A stretch of 64,000 bases of DNA from Octopus vulgaris (Eukaryota). Position numbers and translations under genes: made by a program. Under the pieces are notes generated by a model. It was not told the origin of the DNA and did not search any database. It saw only the letters and a list, made by a program, of their open reading frames with translations. Every line of letters starts with the position of its first letter. Within the stretch, counting starts at the first letter, position 1. The stretch covers positions 58,156,001 through 58,220,000 of the forward strand of contig OX597814.1 in assembly GCA_951406725.2 (NCBI GenBank), in the 5' to 3' direction. Positions 1 through 12,249 of this stretch are shown one piece after another.

Positions 1-95
1 GAGGTGGCAGAATCGTTAGCACACCGGGCATGATGCTTAGCGGCATTTAGTCAGTATTTACATCTTGGGTTCAGGGGTCGACATTGTCTTTCATG
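1..95 (+). mobile_element. Degenerate 5' part of tRNA-derived SINE family A
   Basis: GGCAGAATCGTTAGCACACCGGGC..ATGCTTAGCGG..GGTCGAC matches the head of the intact copy at 19412. Confidence 0.7.
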
Positions 96-184
96 TATGT
101 AAGTATCTATGCAGTTATGTATGTGTATATATCCTTTCATCATTATTTCGCAGAGAACCTAGAGAAACTTTATATCGAACCGCC

Positions 185-186
<2 letters not shown>

Positions 187-231
<45 letters not shown>

Positions 232-310
232 GGAGAGAGAGACAGACAGACAGAAATAGAGAGAGAAAGAGAAAGAAAGAAAGGGATAGTTACATAGAGA
301 TAGAGAGAGG
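187..310. repeat. (GA)n/GACA purine microsatellite
   Basis: Direct reading; explains the ERERE/SLSLS ORFs. Confidence 0.95.
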
Positions 311-1157
311 GATTTTGATTTTGATTTTGATAACAATCGAGAATGAGCAGATATATAATTTTGCTTGCTAATAAGCCCAGGGCAAACATATATACATGCA
401 TACACACACACACACACACACATTCGCCCACATGCATGTACGTGTCTGCGTATGTTTACGTGCGCGCGAGTGTATAATAAATATCACCTACTAAAATGTA
501 AATAACACTAAGACATACAAAGCAACATTGTACATGCTAATTTGCAGCTTTAACTTAGGACTCTTTGTTGGATGTCTCTCAGAACTTTTAGTTTAATATG
601 CAGTTAGCTCTTTTCAAAGATTCCTACATTGGACTGATACTTAATACAGCAATCGCGTGCATGTGTAATGTTGCCAACGTCATAACTTTGATAAATCTAG
701 TATATATATGAATCGAAGAGCAACATTATTTACCAATGATTCGGAATATCAGAAAGAAGGCAAGCGTGACGACTCAACGCATTAAATTTAAAGAGCTTCT
801 TCAAATAAAATGAGGGAAAATGTAGTTTGATCTTCTGTATTTGGAGCTATCTGTATTTTGTTCTTCCAGAATTTCATAATATGAAATGAATAAACAATAC
901 TAAAACCGAAGGAATCAACTTTGGTATATCATCGCATAGGGAATAAACTGCAAGGTAGCTGTTTACATAGTTAATGTAAGTACGGGTAATTTAAATATTA
1001 ATGCTGCGAGCAGGATTTAATTATTCTAGAATAGAACTGTACCAAAGAAAGCTAATGGCTTCCAATCATGATTAACAAAATCTTGAAAAATCTTAACGTA
1101 CCTGATTCATAATAATAATAGGCAGGGGAAGGAGATAAAATACAACTCAATATATCG

Positions 1158-1363
1158 ATTTCAAATTTTGGCACAAGGCCAGTAATTCGGAGAAGTAAGT
1201 CGATTACATCGACTCTAGTACTCAACTAGGACTTATTTTATCGAACACGAAAGTATAAAATGCAAAGTCTATCTCGGTGAGATTTGAACTCAGATGGTGA
1301 AGACGGACGAAATATCGCTAAGCATTTTGCCCGGTGTGCTAACGGTTCTGCAAGCTCACCGTT
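1158..1363 (-). mobile_element. SINE family A (tRNA head plus Meta-like core)
   Basis: Reverse complement aligns with 19412-19580 (GATTTGAACTC B-box complement, CGCTAAGCATTTTGCCCGG, GTCGATTACATCGAC). Confidence 0.8.
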
Positions 1364-1670
1364 ACACTATATCTTAATATATCAACGCATAAATAATGCA
1401 ATGCAGAATTTCAATAGAATTTGAATTTATAGTGTAAGAAACAAGACATGACTAAAAGTAACACGTTATTTAATTCACTTGTCTAGTGTTGTAGGGTGGA
1501 TTGTCATATACTTTAGTGTGTCGAGTAAAATGCCTTGAGATATTTATTCCAATTTATTCCAGCTCGTTGCATTGTGAAATCAAATACCGTTTTAATCAAT
1601 TTTATCTTTCGCCCTCCAAGACTTGTAAAATATACTGAATACCAAGAACTGTGACTCAGTTAACTGACAT

Positions 1671-1720
<50 letters not shown>

Positions 1721-2939
1721 ACACACGTAAACCAACAGTATCAAAAGTATAACACTAAAATAAAATCTTAATACATTACCTAAACGCTTTACAATCCCAA
1801 AGAACGTTGATGTCTTAAAATGCAAAGCAATTTTGACTACAGTAGGATCTGAAATCAGAATGTACAGAGTCGTCCCTCAATAAAGTACTTCATAAATACA
1901 ATGTTACTTCATAGCTGGCTTTAAAGATTTGAAAATACTGCTATTCAAATATTTGCACTGACACTTACTAAATTTAAAACATTTGAATTTCAATTTTCTG
2001 TTGTTATCATTCTTTTGGCCTTATGTAATTCAAAAAGGGGGCTAATGCATTTGAAAAATGCAACTCCTTGAAAAATCCTTTCTTTTCAAAAATTTTTTTT
2101 CGGATTTCGGAGATTACGAATATGCAAAATAGAATTTTTAAATTTTTGAGAGATCGTAGCGAATTGACGAACATATGTAAATCGAAATTAAATACAGAGA
2201 AAAACATTAAAATGGAAAGAATTCGCGTTTTACTTTTGTTTACCGTAAATAATCGTAAATAATAATATAATGTAAATTAAGTATACACCATTTAAAAAAA
2301 TTATTTGCATGTATCTCAGTAATAAATACAATGCATCGATACACAAAGCAGAAGAATATATTGATGACTGTACCTCTCGGTATATCACTTCAAATTTCCA
2401 CATCAAAACTTTCTTCTATAGCGATCTGAAGACTTTTAATCAAAATTATCCCCCACACATTTTTATGAAGTCGTTTGTAGCAGGATGTAATAGGATACGA
2501 AAACAAAAATAAAATGTTGTAAGAAAATGTTTGCTTCGCATTCATACTTTAATTTTGAAAAAATTCATGCTGTTTGTTCCTTCTCGCGTTATACCTGGCT
2601 CATAAGGCCCTTTTTTCTGGTTTCATTGACGCATAGGTTCCCCCACCTGGACGTATATGTAAATTTAACGTATAGGTTTCCCACTTTTCTCGCGGGACTA
2701 ACCATTAGATCATGTGCCTCCGCGAAAAAATTATGACAAAACAAAACTGTTAAATCCGTCGTCTCTTATACATTGTAAAGGTATTAGGATACTTGGAAAG
2801 CTGATATATGATGAAGAATGGAGAAAAATCTTGAATGTTTATTGTGACAAGGTTATCATTTAAATGCGGTTTCGTTTGAATATTACTATTTTACTTGTTT
2901 CAGCCATGCGGCTGTAGTTATGCTTGAGTACCAACGTGG

Positions 2940-3920
2940 TCTTTGTCACTTCTTCAGTCTGGGTGTTTCACATCCACTCCTGCATAATTGTGTTTGATTC
3001 CGCAGCCCCCGTTTGTACCTCATTTCGGGCTGTTGGTTCATTCGGCATTGTGGAGAGGAGGATGTCTAATTCTTTTATGAAGACATCTACTTCTAACTTA
3101 TGCAAATTTCTCAAATTTGTGGCAGGGCATTGAAAAGCCGTGGGCCTTTGGACTCTAGACTATTGCAATACCAAGTCCTGAATTTAGATGGAGTGGACGG
3201 TACTTTTGGTACAATGCAATGACGGCCAGTTCTGGCATTTGTATAACTCTGAAGTTAGGTACAAGCCCTTCTAGGATTTTCCATATGTATATTATTGCAT
3301 ATCTGTCACGCCTTCGCTCCAAGGAGTAAAGCTGTAGTTTTCTCAGCCTATCCCTATAGCTCATTCACTGCACTGTTTCAATCTTTTTAGTGTGGTTGCG
3401 TTGGACTGCTTCAAGCTCCGCAGTTAGTTTGGCACTATGCGGTGACCATAACTGGGAACAGTAGTCCAGGCGGTCGTGAGCAAAGGTTCTCCACTGGGTC
3501 AACATACTTTTTTCATCTCTTGTCTTGAAAGACCTCAGTATCCATCGTGCCAGTTGTCTGCATTTTTCTGCCATCTTACTTATGTGCATATGAAATGATG
3601 CGTCATTGCACATGCTGATCCCCAAGACTTTCACTGCCTATGACTCTTCGGTTGTAGTGCATTGTACTGTATTTGTACTGAGTTTATATTGCAGTGCTTG
3701 AAATTTTCCAGCATTAAACTGAATGTTGTTTATTTCGGCCCGCTTGTATAATGAGTTCAGGTCCCGCTGTAAGCTTGTAATATACTCTTGGTTTTTTAAT
3801 TGCTTGTGATAATTTTGTGTCATCGGCAGAGCTAGTCACAGTGGCTGTCCGAGTGACTGTGGGAATGTCTAAGAGGCTATTATTAACAGTAATAGTCCCA
3901 GAACAGTTCCCTTTTGAAAG
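2940..3920 (-). mobile_element. CR1-group LINE remnant, RT C-terminal half (pseudogenised)
   Basis: Frameshifted ORFs with SSADDTKL (YADD-like), LQRDLNSL, RLDYCSQLWSP, LEAVQR and SYRDRLRKLQLYSLERRRDR. Confidence 0.9.
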
Positions 3921-4593
3921 CGATACATTTCTCATACTGCAATAAGAAAGGTAATAGCTTGCCTGAATTTTAAATAATAGCACTGCTTTATTATTATACA
4001 ATTCTTATGATGATCACAAGAAAATCGTTAATTTATAATTATCTAACATGAAGTGAGGCGATAAAATTTCAGAGTTTACTTGCTGCAATCAATATAGTTA
4101 CCTTTCGATTGCTTAAACCGTTAACTCTACTATGAAACTGTCTATGTGTGTCGAATGATATTCAATATATACTACTTCTCAAACACTTCTCAAACAAGTA
4201 TCCACAAATCCAATGCTTCTCGTTCGATTTCATTGGATAAAGTAGTTGAGAATCACATCTTCTGAATGAGATGTTTGCCTACTGCTGCAAGTGGTTTTTT
4301 TCACAGCGAAGATCAATGATCGCAGAGTAAATAAATGATCGATCCATCAACTCTGCAAAACTGGATTCATGTTGTATTTGTTGGTTCGCTTAAGATCAAC
4401 CATGAGCCACACTAATGTTGATCAGACATAGTTATTCTAATGCCTCTATCCAGGTATCCGGTTATATTTGAGTGATACTGCCTTATCCAATTTATCTTAC
4501 TCACTTTACGGTAGTGGGACGTAATTTCAATGGACATGGCTACACCTCTGGCGTAAGAAAACCGACGCACATTTTCTATGTTTGTTTTGTTAG

Positions 4594-4746
4594 TACTTAT
4601 ATACAATGTTTCAATGCTAGTTAGGTTTCGTTTGTTGACTCGTGGCTGTACACCGAATGCGATCCACGAAAGTCTATACGGATCGCATTCGCTACACAAA
4701 CTAAACCAAACCAGACCTAACTAGCTAGGAAACCTTGTATATAAGT

Positions 4747-4747
<1 letters not shown>
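4594..4747. repeat. ~155-bp imperfect palindrome (MITE-like fold-back)
   Basis: TACTTATATACAATGTTTC..GCTAGTTAGGT pairs with ACCTAACTAGC..GAAACCTTGTATATAAGTA; inner 12-bp stem CGAATGCGATCC/GGATCGCATTCG. Confidence 0.75.
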
Positions 4748-4778
<31 letters not shown>

Positions 4779-5217
4779 ATTTAATCAGGTTAGTTTACCA
4801 TTAAACGGTAGATGAAACGGTGCATCGTCTAAGAAATTACAGGGTAAAAGTTTTTCAATTTTCTCCTGGAATTAATGTTATTTTGCGGTTAAAGCTTTTG
4901 GCTGTTATTTCTAGTGGGTGAATGGCCTATTATGGCCGTTCCTTGATTGTGATGTTGAACGTAAAAATGGTTTATGACTATTTAATTTTTTCCTACTAGG
5001 CCGCTGGTGGCAAAAGAATTCTACTAAAAAATTTTTTTTGCCACCCTATATTGATTAATTATGAATTTTCTGGTTAGTTCCATAATGGAATCGGTGGCTT
5101 ATATTTATTTGCTGCCGATAAATTTGGCGCGAGTGCGACGATTTGAAACTTTTAGGTCAGATATTGCCGAGGTAGCAAGAGGAATGCCTCGTGAAAAATA
5201 TCTGTTCCGACTTGGCT

Positions 5218-5324
5218 ATTTCTTACTGATGAGTTTAAGGGCCTATGGTGGATTGGCTTGATTTAATTTAATCAGGTTAGTTTACCATTAAACGGTAGAT
5301 GAAACGGTGCATCGTCTAAGAAAT
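5218..5324 (+). ncRNA. Type I hammerhead ribozyme motif, copy 1
   Basis: Stem I ATTTCTTA/TAAGAAAT; core CTGATGA 5226-5232; stem II GTTTA/TAGAT; GAAA 5301-5304; stem III ACGG-TGCA-TCGT; GUC triplet with predicted cut after 5316. Confidence 0.85.
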
Positions 5325-5704
5325 TACAGGGTAAAAGTTTTTCAATTTTCTCCTGGAATTAATGTTATTTTGCGGTTAAAGCTTTTGGCTGTTATTTCTA
5401 GTGGGTGAATGGCCTATTATGGCCGTTCCTTGATTGTGATGTTGAACGTAAAAATGGCTTATGACTATTTAATTTTTTCCTACTAGGCCGCTGGTGGCAA
5501 AAGAATTCTACTAAAAAATTTTTTTTGCCACCCTATATTGATTAATTATGAATTTTCTGGTTAGTTCCGTAATGGAATCGGTGGCTTATATTTATTTGCT
5601 GCCGATAAATTTGGCGCGAGTGCGACGATTTGAAAATTTTAGGTCAGATATTGCCGAGGTAGCAAGAGGAATGCCTCGTGAAAAATATCTGTTCCGACTT
5701 GGCT

Positions 5705-5811
5705 ATTTCTTACTGATGAGTCTAAGGGCCTATGGTGGATTGGCTTGATTTAATTTAATCAGGTTAGTTTACCATTAAACGGTAGATGAAACGGTGCATC
5801 GTCTAAGAAAT
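5705..5811 (+). ncRNA. Type I hammerhead ribozyme motif, copy 2
   Basis: Same as copy 1 at +487; stem II GTCTA/TAGAT; predicted cut after 5803. Confidence 0.85.
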
Positions 5812-5918
5812 TACAGGGTAAAAGTTTTCAATTTTCTCCTGGAATTAATGTTATTTTGCGGTTAAAGCTTTTGGCTGTTATTTCTAGTGGGTGAATGGCC
5901 TATTATGGCCGTTCCTTG

Positions 5919-5969
<51 letters not shown>

Positions 5970-6267
5970 ATATCATGACTGCTACTTATGGCCCTTTACA
6001 GTCGCTGGCAATATATATGTATACAATTGTGTGCGTTGGCTGTAGCATCAGTGAACTTTAGTTCTTATTTCTAGCATTGTATGTGTTTTAACACCCTTAT
6101 CGTATTTAATAACATTTATAGTTTTCCTTTTTGGTGATAAATTGCTAAACATCTTCATAATTATATATATTGACAATCTAAAAGTCTTGAAAGGGGTGCT
6201 ATTTTCTTCTTTGATCCACTAGAAATATATTGATGTGATAAAAACATACATGATATATACAAAATTT

Positions 6268-7420
6268 ATTGGGTCAACCGATAACAAATGCGGTGTTTTA
6301 AAACTTCTTTTATTTTCCAAAATTAAGATAAACAAAACTCGTTTTTAATCTAAAATATACTTTCCTTCGTTTTCTACAATATTTTTCCATCTATCTGGTA
6401 GACTTGCAAGGCTCCTCCAAATTCACTAGTTCGTGACGAAAAATATTCCTCCACTACTGTTCTGACCTCGTCTGTAGAATTCATATTTTTTCCGTCCTAA
6501 TGATTTTGAAGACTACGGAATAAAGGATAATCAGATGGAGCAATGTTTGGCGAATATGGTGGCTAGGGCATCGTTTCACTTTCAATCTGCTCCAACCATT
6601 GGAATGTCAAACTCGCTGTATGCGACCGAGTATTATCCCGATGGAAGAACACCTATCGTCTTAAAACCAAAGACGGTCGTTTTTCTTCAAGCACTGACTG
6701 AGGCCTCCCAAGCTGCTTGCTGTAGATCTACTTTGTTATCACTTGTTTTAGGTTTAGAAGTTCAAGGCGGACTAAATCTTTCATATCCCACCAAACAGAT
6801 AACAATACCTTATGTGGGTGAAGACGACCCTCTTTAGCCTGGGGTGCCGGTGTTTCTCCATTTCCTACCCACTGTCTTCAGTGCTTGACATTTTTATAAA
6901 GAACCCATTTCTCGTCACCAGTTACTATTCGGTTCAAGAAAGGTTAATTCGTGTGGCGAATAATAATAATGAGCATACATTCACTCGCTACAAGCGATTA
7001 GACACAAAATGTTTGTGAGGAAATCATTGACTCAATTTGCTGACTTTTCCGATGACACGCAGATGTCGATGAATGGTTGAATGACTAAATCCAAGCTTCT
7101 CTACTAATACTTCGGCAGTTACGATAGCAATTTGTTCCAACAGGGTTTGCAGGACTTCCTCGTCGAGCTCTACAGATCTTCCAGGACGAGGATGGTCTTC
7201 TAGGCTGCAGTTTTCGGCTCAGAATTTCTGGAATCCCCATTGACAGTGGCTTACGCTTATTGTCCGATCCACATATACTGCATTAATATAACTCGCACTT
7301 TCCGTTGTCTTGTTGTCTTTATTGAACTCATAAAGCAAAATATACCAAATATGCTCCTTTTTAACTTCCACTATATGAAAACTAACTGTTTAAATTGAAT
7401 AGCACTCTTCAAAACTTACA
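6268..7420 (-). mobile_element. Mariner (DD34D-type) transposon remnant with disrupted transposase
   Basis: Minus-strand motifs EHIWYILLYEFNK, VTGDEKWVLY, SVWWDM, HRDNTRSHTA and PYSPNIAPSDYPLFRSLQNH; TIR-like TATTGGGTCAACCGATAACAAATGCGG at 6268. Confidence 0.9.
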
Positions 7421-7566
7421 CATACATACACAGATATGTGTGTTTGTGTGTGTTTGTTCGCCATATCGCTTGACAACCGGTCTTTCTGTGTTTATATCAC
7501 CGTAACTTAGCAATTCGGTAAAAGCCACCGGTAGAATAAGTATCAGACTTAAAAAAGAAGCAACTG

Positions 7567-7885
7567 AATTGATTCATTCGAGTAAAAATTCTTCAGTGTG
7601 CTTCCTCAGCTTCGCCCTGTGCTAATGATCGAAATACCTAAGAAAAAAATGGATGGATTCATTTAAATGTTTCAGACAGTTAAAGGATATTAACTACTTA
7701 ATTTGAACAGTACAAGGCAGTCACCAATTGATTCATTCGAGTAAAAATTCTTCAGTGTGCTTCCTCAGCTTCGCCCTGTGCTAATGATCGAAATACCTAA
7801 GAAAAAAATGGATGGATTCATTTAAATGTTTCAGGCAGTTAAAGGATATTTACTACTTAATTTGAACAGTACAAGGCAGTCACCA
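7567..7885. repeat. Tandem duplication, 2 x 159 bp
   Basis: AATTGATTCATTCGAG...GGCAGTCACC starts at 7567 and 7726; two substitutions seen. Confidence 0.9.
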
Positions 7886-8079
7886 TGTTTAGAGCAAGGA
7901 ACCTTTATATCATAGATTACCTTTTCCTTATAGTTATGAAATCAGCCATCCTGTGTGCACAGTTTGTAGGGATTGAACGTGTGTTCAGAACATACTTAGT
8001 CTTTCAAAGTATGTTTTTGCTCGCTCTTACATGTCTCTGGACATTAAATCGTCTAACTTGAGGCCGTGTGCATATTAGA

Positions 8080-8080
<1 letters not shown>

Positions 8081-8154
<74 letters not shown>

Positions 8155-8177
8155 CATTATTATTATTATTATTATTA

Positions 8178-8214
<37 letters not shown>
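8081..8214. repeat. (ATT)n microsatellite
   Basis: Direct reading. Confidence 0.95.
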
Positions 8215-8215
<1 letters not shown>

Positions 8216-8399
8216 CATTCCATCCCTATAGCTTTGCTGCACATCAGCATAGTCTCAGCCAGCCTCTCCATTTCGGGCTCTCATTTTGCGAACAGTTTTA
8301 AATCACCCATGAATGGAAGGCAGCTGAGACGATGCCTATTCTTTCTCAGCTCATAGTGCGTGTTGATTTTACATAAGACTTTAGAAATTGGGATCAAGG

Positions 8400-8850
8400 C
8401 TATGACAAATAACAAGAGTTTACCTGGAAGATATGTCTTTTCATTGTTACCTCGGCTAAGTGCTGGTTGTTACAGAAAAGACGCGTTTTTCAACTAGGCA
8501 TGCTGTTCTTAACTAGTGCACACACATTCTCAACTATTCCACACATGTCGAATGTTTCCAAAATCCACGAATACGGCAACATGTCGTAAGACGTTTTGAA
8601 GTCTATCCAGGCCATGCACAAGTTTTTTTTTTGGTACCGTTTACAGTTCTTAATTACAACTTTGTCTATCACAAGGTGGTCCTTAGATCCCTTGCATCCT
8701 TTTCGGCATCTTTTTCGTTCTACTGAGAGTAGATTGTTTTCCGCAAGGAACGTATATATTTTCCTTGCGAGGATGCCTGTTTATCGTATTTTCCCTGTGA
8801 GGATGCCTGTAATATTTACTTTTGTTTTGGATATTTCTGGTATTTAATGA
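8400..8850 (-). mobile_element. R4/Dong-type non-LTR retrotransposon RT fragment
   Basis: GSKDHLVIDKVVIKNCKR..NLCMAWIDFKTSYDMLPYSWI resembles the R4-clade GxKDQLLIDK..NLxMAWIDYKKAYDxVPHSWI motif. Confidence 0.8.
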
Positions 8851-9684
8851 TCATCTGATGAGCATTTAGCCGACATGTTTCTTATGCTAGTATCTCGTGA
8901 CGTTAGGTATTTTTGCATGTACAATTGCAATTTCCACTAATTGTAAAGATAATAAATGACAGGTAAAAGAAATTACGTGGAAGGTGTTCGAGCGATCATA
9001 GATCGCAGATATAAAGTAATCTATACGCTAACATTTTATTTTATGAATTGAAAATGCAATTACTTTCAGTTCTTCAGATTAAATTATGAATAAAAGTTAA
9101 AATGAATTTTATAACTTTCCCTAGTATTGAAACGTTTATTAAAAGTTATGATTGAATTAATAACAGTACGTAAGTTCGCTGAATCAAATAAAGATATAAA
9201 TGAAGAACTGTGATATACTTTAAGGCATTTTCCATTACGTAGTGGTATGTCAAATTTGAAAATAAAGACTCGCAATACTAGTTGAAGAAATAAACTGAGA
9301 ATACATTTCTTCCATTACTTCTCTGTGAAAAATTCAAAGAAACAGGAAAACCTTTAGCACTTATACCCAGTTTATAGATTTTGTGAGTAATTGCGTAAAC
9401 AGAAATCTAGAAAACCCGGGGATTAGTCAAGTAGTTAACAATCTGCAAGTAGGACTGCAAAAATGATGCAAAACTTGTTCAAAAAAGGACAATTTGTTTG
9501 CTGTCGACATTCCTAAGACAGAGCTTTGTATCTTTGTTAGAAACAAGCTCCGGCCTAAGTGGAAGATACCAAATGATTAAAAGTGAAGGAGAGCGTACAT
9601 ACATACATAGTATATACATATATGCATGCAAACATGCATACACGCACACAGACACGCACACACGCATACATATACATATACAAA

Positions 9685-9900
9685 CAAGGGTATGCTGAAA
9701 AGTTCCTGGTTTTGAGTATAAGAAAATACAGGAGGATCAGTTAATTATGATTTTATTCAACATATTCCGCTTTTATATTCAGACTCTTATTACAACATTC
9801 TTTCAGTTTTTCAAAGACCTGTAAATGAACTCGGAAGTTTGGGCCTCCAACCAAGCCTTCGCGATATCCTTAAAGCCAGAACCTTTTGTGGGACACGACG
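9685..9900. mobile_element. Mariner-derived MITE (degenerate)
   Basis: Terminal GCTGAAAAGTTCCTGGTTTT and AAAGCCAGAACCTTTT are imperfect inverted repeats; no ORF. Confidence 0.55.
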
Positions 9901-10596
9901 GAAGTCCATTTAGCTCACGATAAGAATTATAATTCAAAATTAGAAATATTATGATCAATATTTTAGGAAATAGTGTGTTTCACATGATTAGATCGTTGGT
10001 TTAAATACTTAAATTAATTTACTTTCATTGTGGCATCATCTACTTAGTTTTCTGTGTACTCTATACATTCAAATATATTCTGGTCTGAAGTTTTCTTACA
10101 TCACTGTAGGAATATTTTGCAATTTACGTGAATATACTGTAAGGAAGTCATAGCAGAGTTGTATTTGTTTTCAGAATGCATCTCGCTAAGAAGCACAGGG
10201 GTGTCTGTGGAAAACAAAAAGCATCAAACGGCGCTGTGCATGTGCTAGCTCCAATATTTCTGTGCATTTGCGTGTCATCAGGCGAATTTTGTCTGTAATG
10301 TATCAGGTCACTGATGTCGCAAAAGTACAGGTAGTAACGTTGTTATGTATTCAAGCACTGTTAGGAATAATGTTTAGAAGATTGCATTCGAGAGTGACAT
10401 GGGTATTTGTTGCAAGTCAGATATCTCGACGCAATTTGTTCGCAGAGCACTGTCTTTTTTTTTTCGTGCTTATTTCCACCTTTCGTCGATAGATATTGTT
10501 GAAAAACATACGGCTGCACGAACAGATTCTATGCACAACTGTACACACACTTTCTACCCACACCAGCATACACATACACACATACAAACATGTATA

Positions 10597-10696
<100 letters not shown>

Positions 10697-10739
10697 ATAT
10701 ATATATATATATGTGTATATATATATGTATATATATATA

Positions 10740-11039
10740 TCTTTATATATAAAACTGTAGTTGTGTGAGTGTCTGTCCCCTTCGATTTAGATTCCTAACT
10801 ACACCTACATTTTGCGGTGCAGTTTAACCAAACCGGGTTATCTTATAGTCGTGATTCATATCGAGCCCTTCTGGGCATTAGCGCTTGTCTACGATGAGTC
10901 AACGATTTTTAAAAAAATTACCATCATATTTTTTCCATTTTTAATGCATTTGTTTTGCTATTTTTTGGCTATAACTCTCTAAAAATGCTGTATAGTTATT
11001 TCCATTACAAACCCGAGCAACGCCGGGCGATACTGCTAG
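10740..11039 (+). mobile_element. Non-autonomous Helitron, 300 bp, both ends present
   Basis: A|TC 5' end; subterminal hairpin CCCG-AGCAACGC-CGGG; CTAG|T 3' end; lies in an AT/TA tract; homologues at 42348 and 61555. Confidence 0.85.
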
Positions 11040-11475
11040 TATATATATATATGTATTTGTACGTGTGTGTGTCTGAGGGGCTAGAAAATTAATATACAAA
11101 TTTATTTTTAATTCAGTCCATATTTGGATTTGTTTCAGATATCGTGCCAAGGCTGCTATTTATATTACTATAAAATATATATTTGGCGGTATCTTGTCTG
11201 ATTTTGCTGATATTGTTAGATGTATCGCTATAGCAAAAGAATTTGTAGAAATACAAAACATAAAGTGCAAAACGTTTTAAAAGATTGATTTATTTAATTA
11301 GTTGTAAGAAATTGGAGTTAGATAACTTCAGGCTTACATTTCGCTTTCTATTGATAAGACACATACATATTCACTAACATATACATAGTCAGAAATATGC
11401 ATAAATATATATATATATATATGCATGCAAGTATATAAACATACATACACACACACGCACATCCACGACTCCCCC

Positions 11476-11534
<59 letters not shown>

Positions 11535-11895
11535 CTGACATGATATATGTTTGGAGAAAATAACTTGTGATGGAAGATTCATACATTTTCCATTTAGGAA
11601 TAATTTGAAAAATATTTTCAATAATGACACCTGCAAGCTAAATTCTAATATATTTGTAAACTCTAAAAGTTAAGTACGAATATCTTCAAAGTGTTTGAAA
11701 TATATACCTATTTTTGATATATATATTAAATTTAGTTTTTACTTGCCATTTCAAGTTACAAGCAATAAATATAGCAATTAAAATTTTCAGATTACCTCGG
11801 AAAAAAATAATTTAACGTGAGAAATCTTAAGATCAATATTTTACAAATTAGTGTTTGAAAATGACCAAAATATTTGATTATTTCTGTAAATATAT

Positions 11896-12249
11896 TACTC
11901 TTTTACTTGTTTCAGTCATTTCGCTGCGGCCATGCTGGAGCACCGCTTTTAGTCGAGCAAATCGACCCCAGGACTTATAAGTCTACTACTTATTCTATCG
12001 GGGAATTTTGCTGAACCGATAAGTGACGGGGACCTAAACACACCACCATCGGTGGTCAAGTGATGCTGGGGATAAACACAGACACACAAACATATACACA
12101 CACATACATATATACATATAGATATATACGACGGGCTTCTTTCAGTTTTCGTCTTCCAGATCCACTCACAAAACTTTGGTTGGCCCGAGGTTATAGTAGG
12201 TGCAGTGGGACTGAACCCGGAACCATGTGGTTGATAAGCAAGCTACTTT
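11896..12249 (-). mobile_element. SINE family B with head interrupted by the 12250-14090 element
   Basis: Reverse complement aligns with 47815-48218 (GGTTCCGGGTTCAGTCCCACTGC, GAAAGAAGCCCGTCG, GCTCCAGCATGGCCGC, TGACTGAAACAAGTAAAAGAG tail). Confidence 0.85.

Larger units (their letters stand above)
4781..5923 (+). mobile_element. Tandem array (2.35 x 487 bp) of a hammerhead-containing non-coding unit; retrozyme-like or PLE-derived
   Basis: Unit starts at 4781, 5268 and 5755; about 4 substitutions between units; (TA)n on both flanks; two complete hammerhead motifs. Confidence 0.8.

Noticed and set aside
5061-5748. Duplicated 66-aa ORFs (5061-5261 and 5548-5748)
   Set aside because: By-product of the tandem repeat; no recognisable domain, and the sequence is better explained by RNA structure
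4781-5923. CRISPR or simple satellite interpretation of the tandem array
   Set aside because: No short repeat-spacer structure, eukaryotic context, only 2.35 units
8854-8900. Isolated CTGATGA/CTGACGA motifs (also 30241, 45313, 54660 and minus-strand 58015)
   Set aside because: No correctly placed GAAA, NUH and stem I/III pairing found
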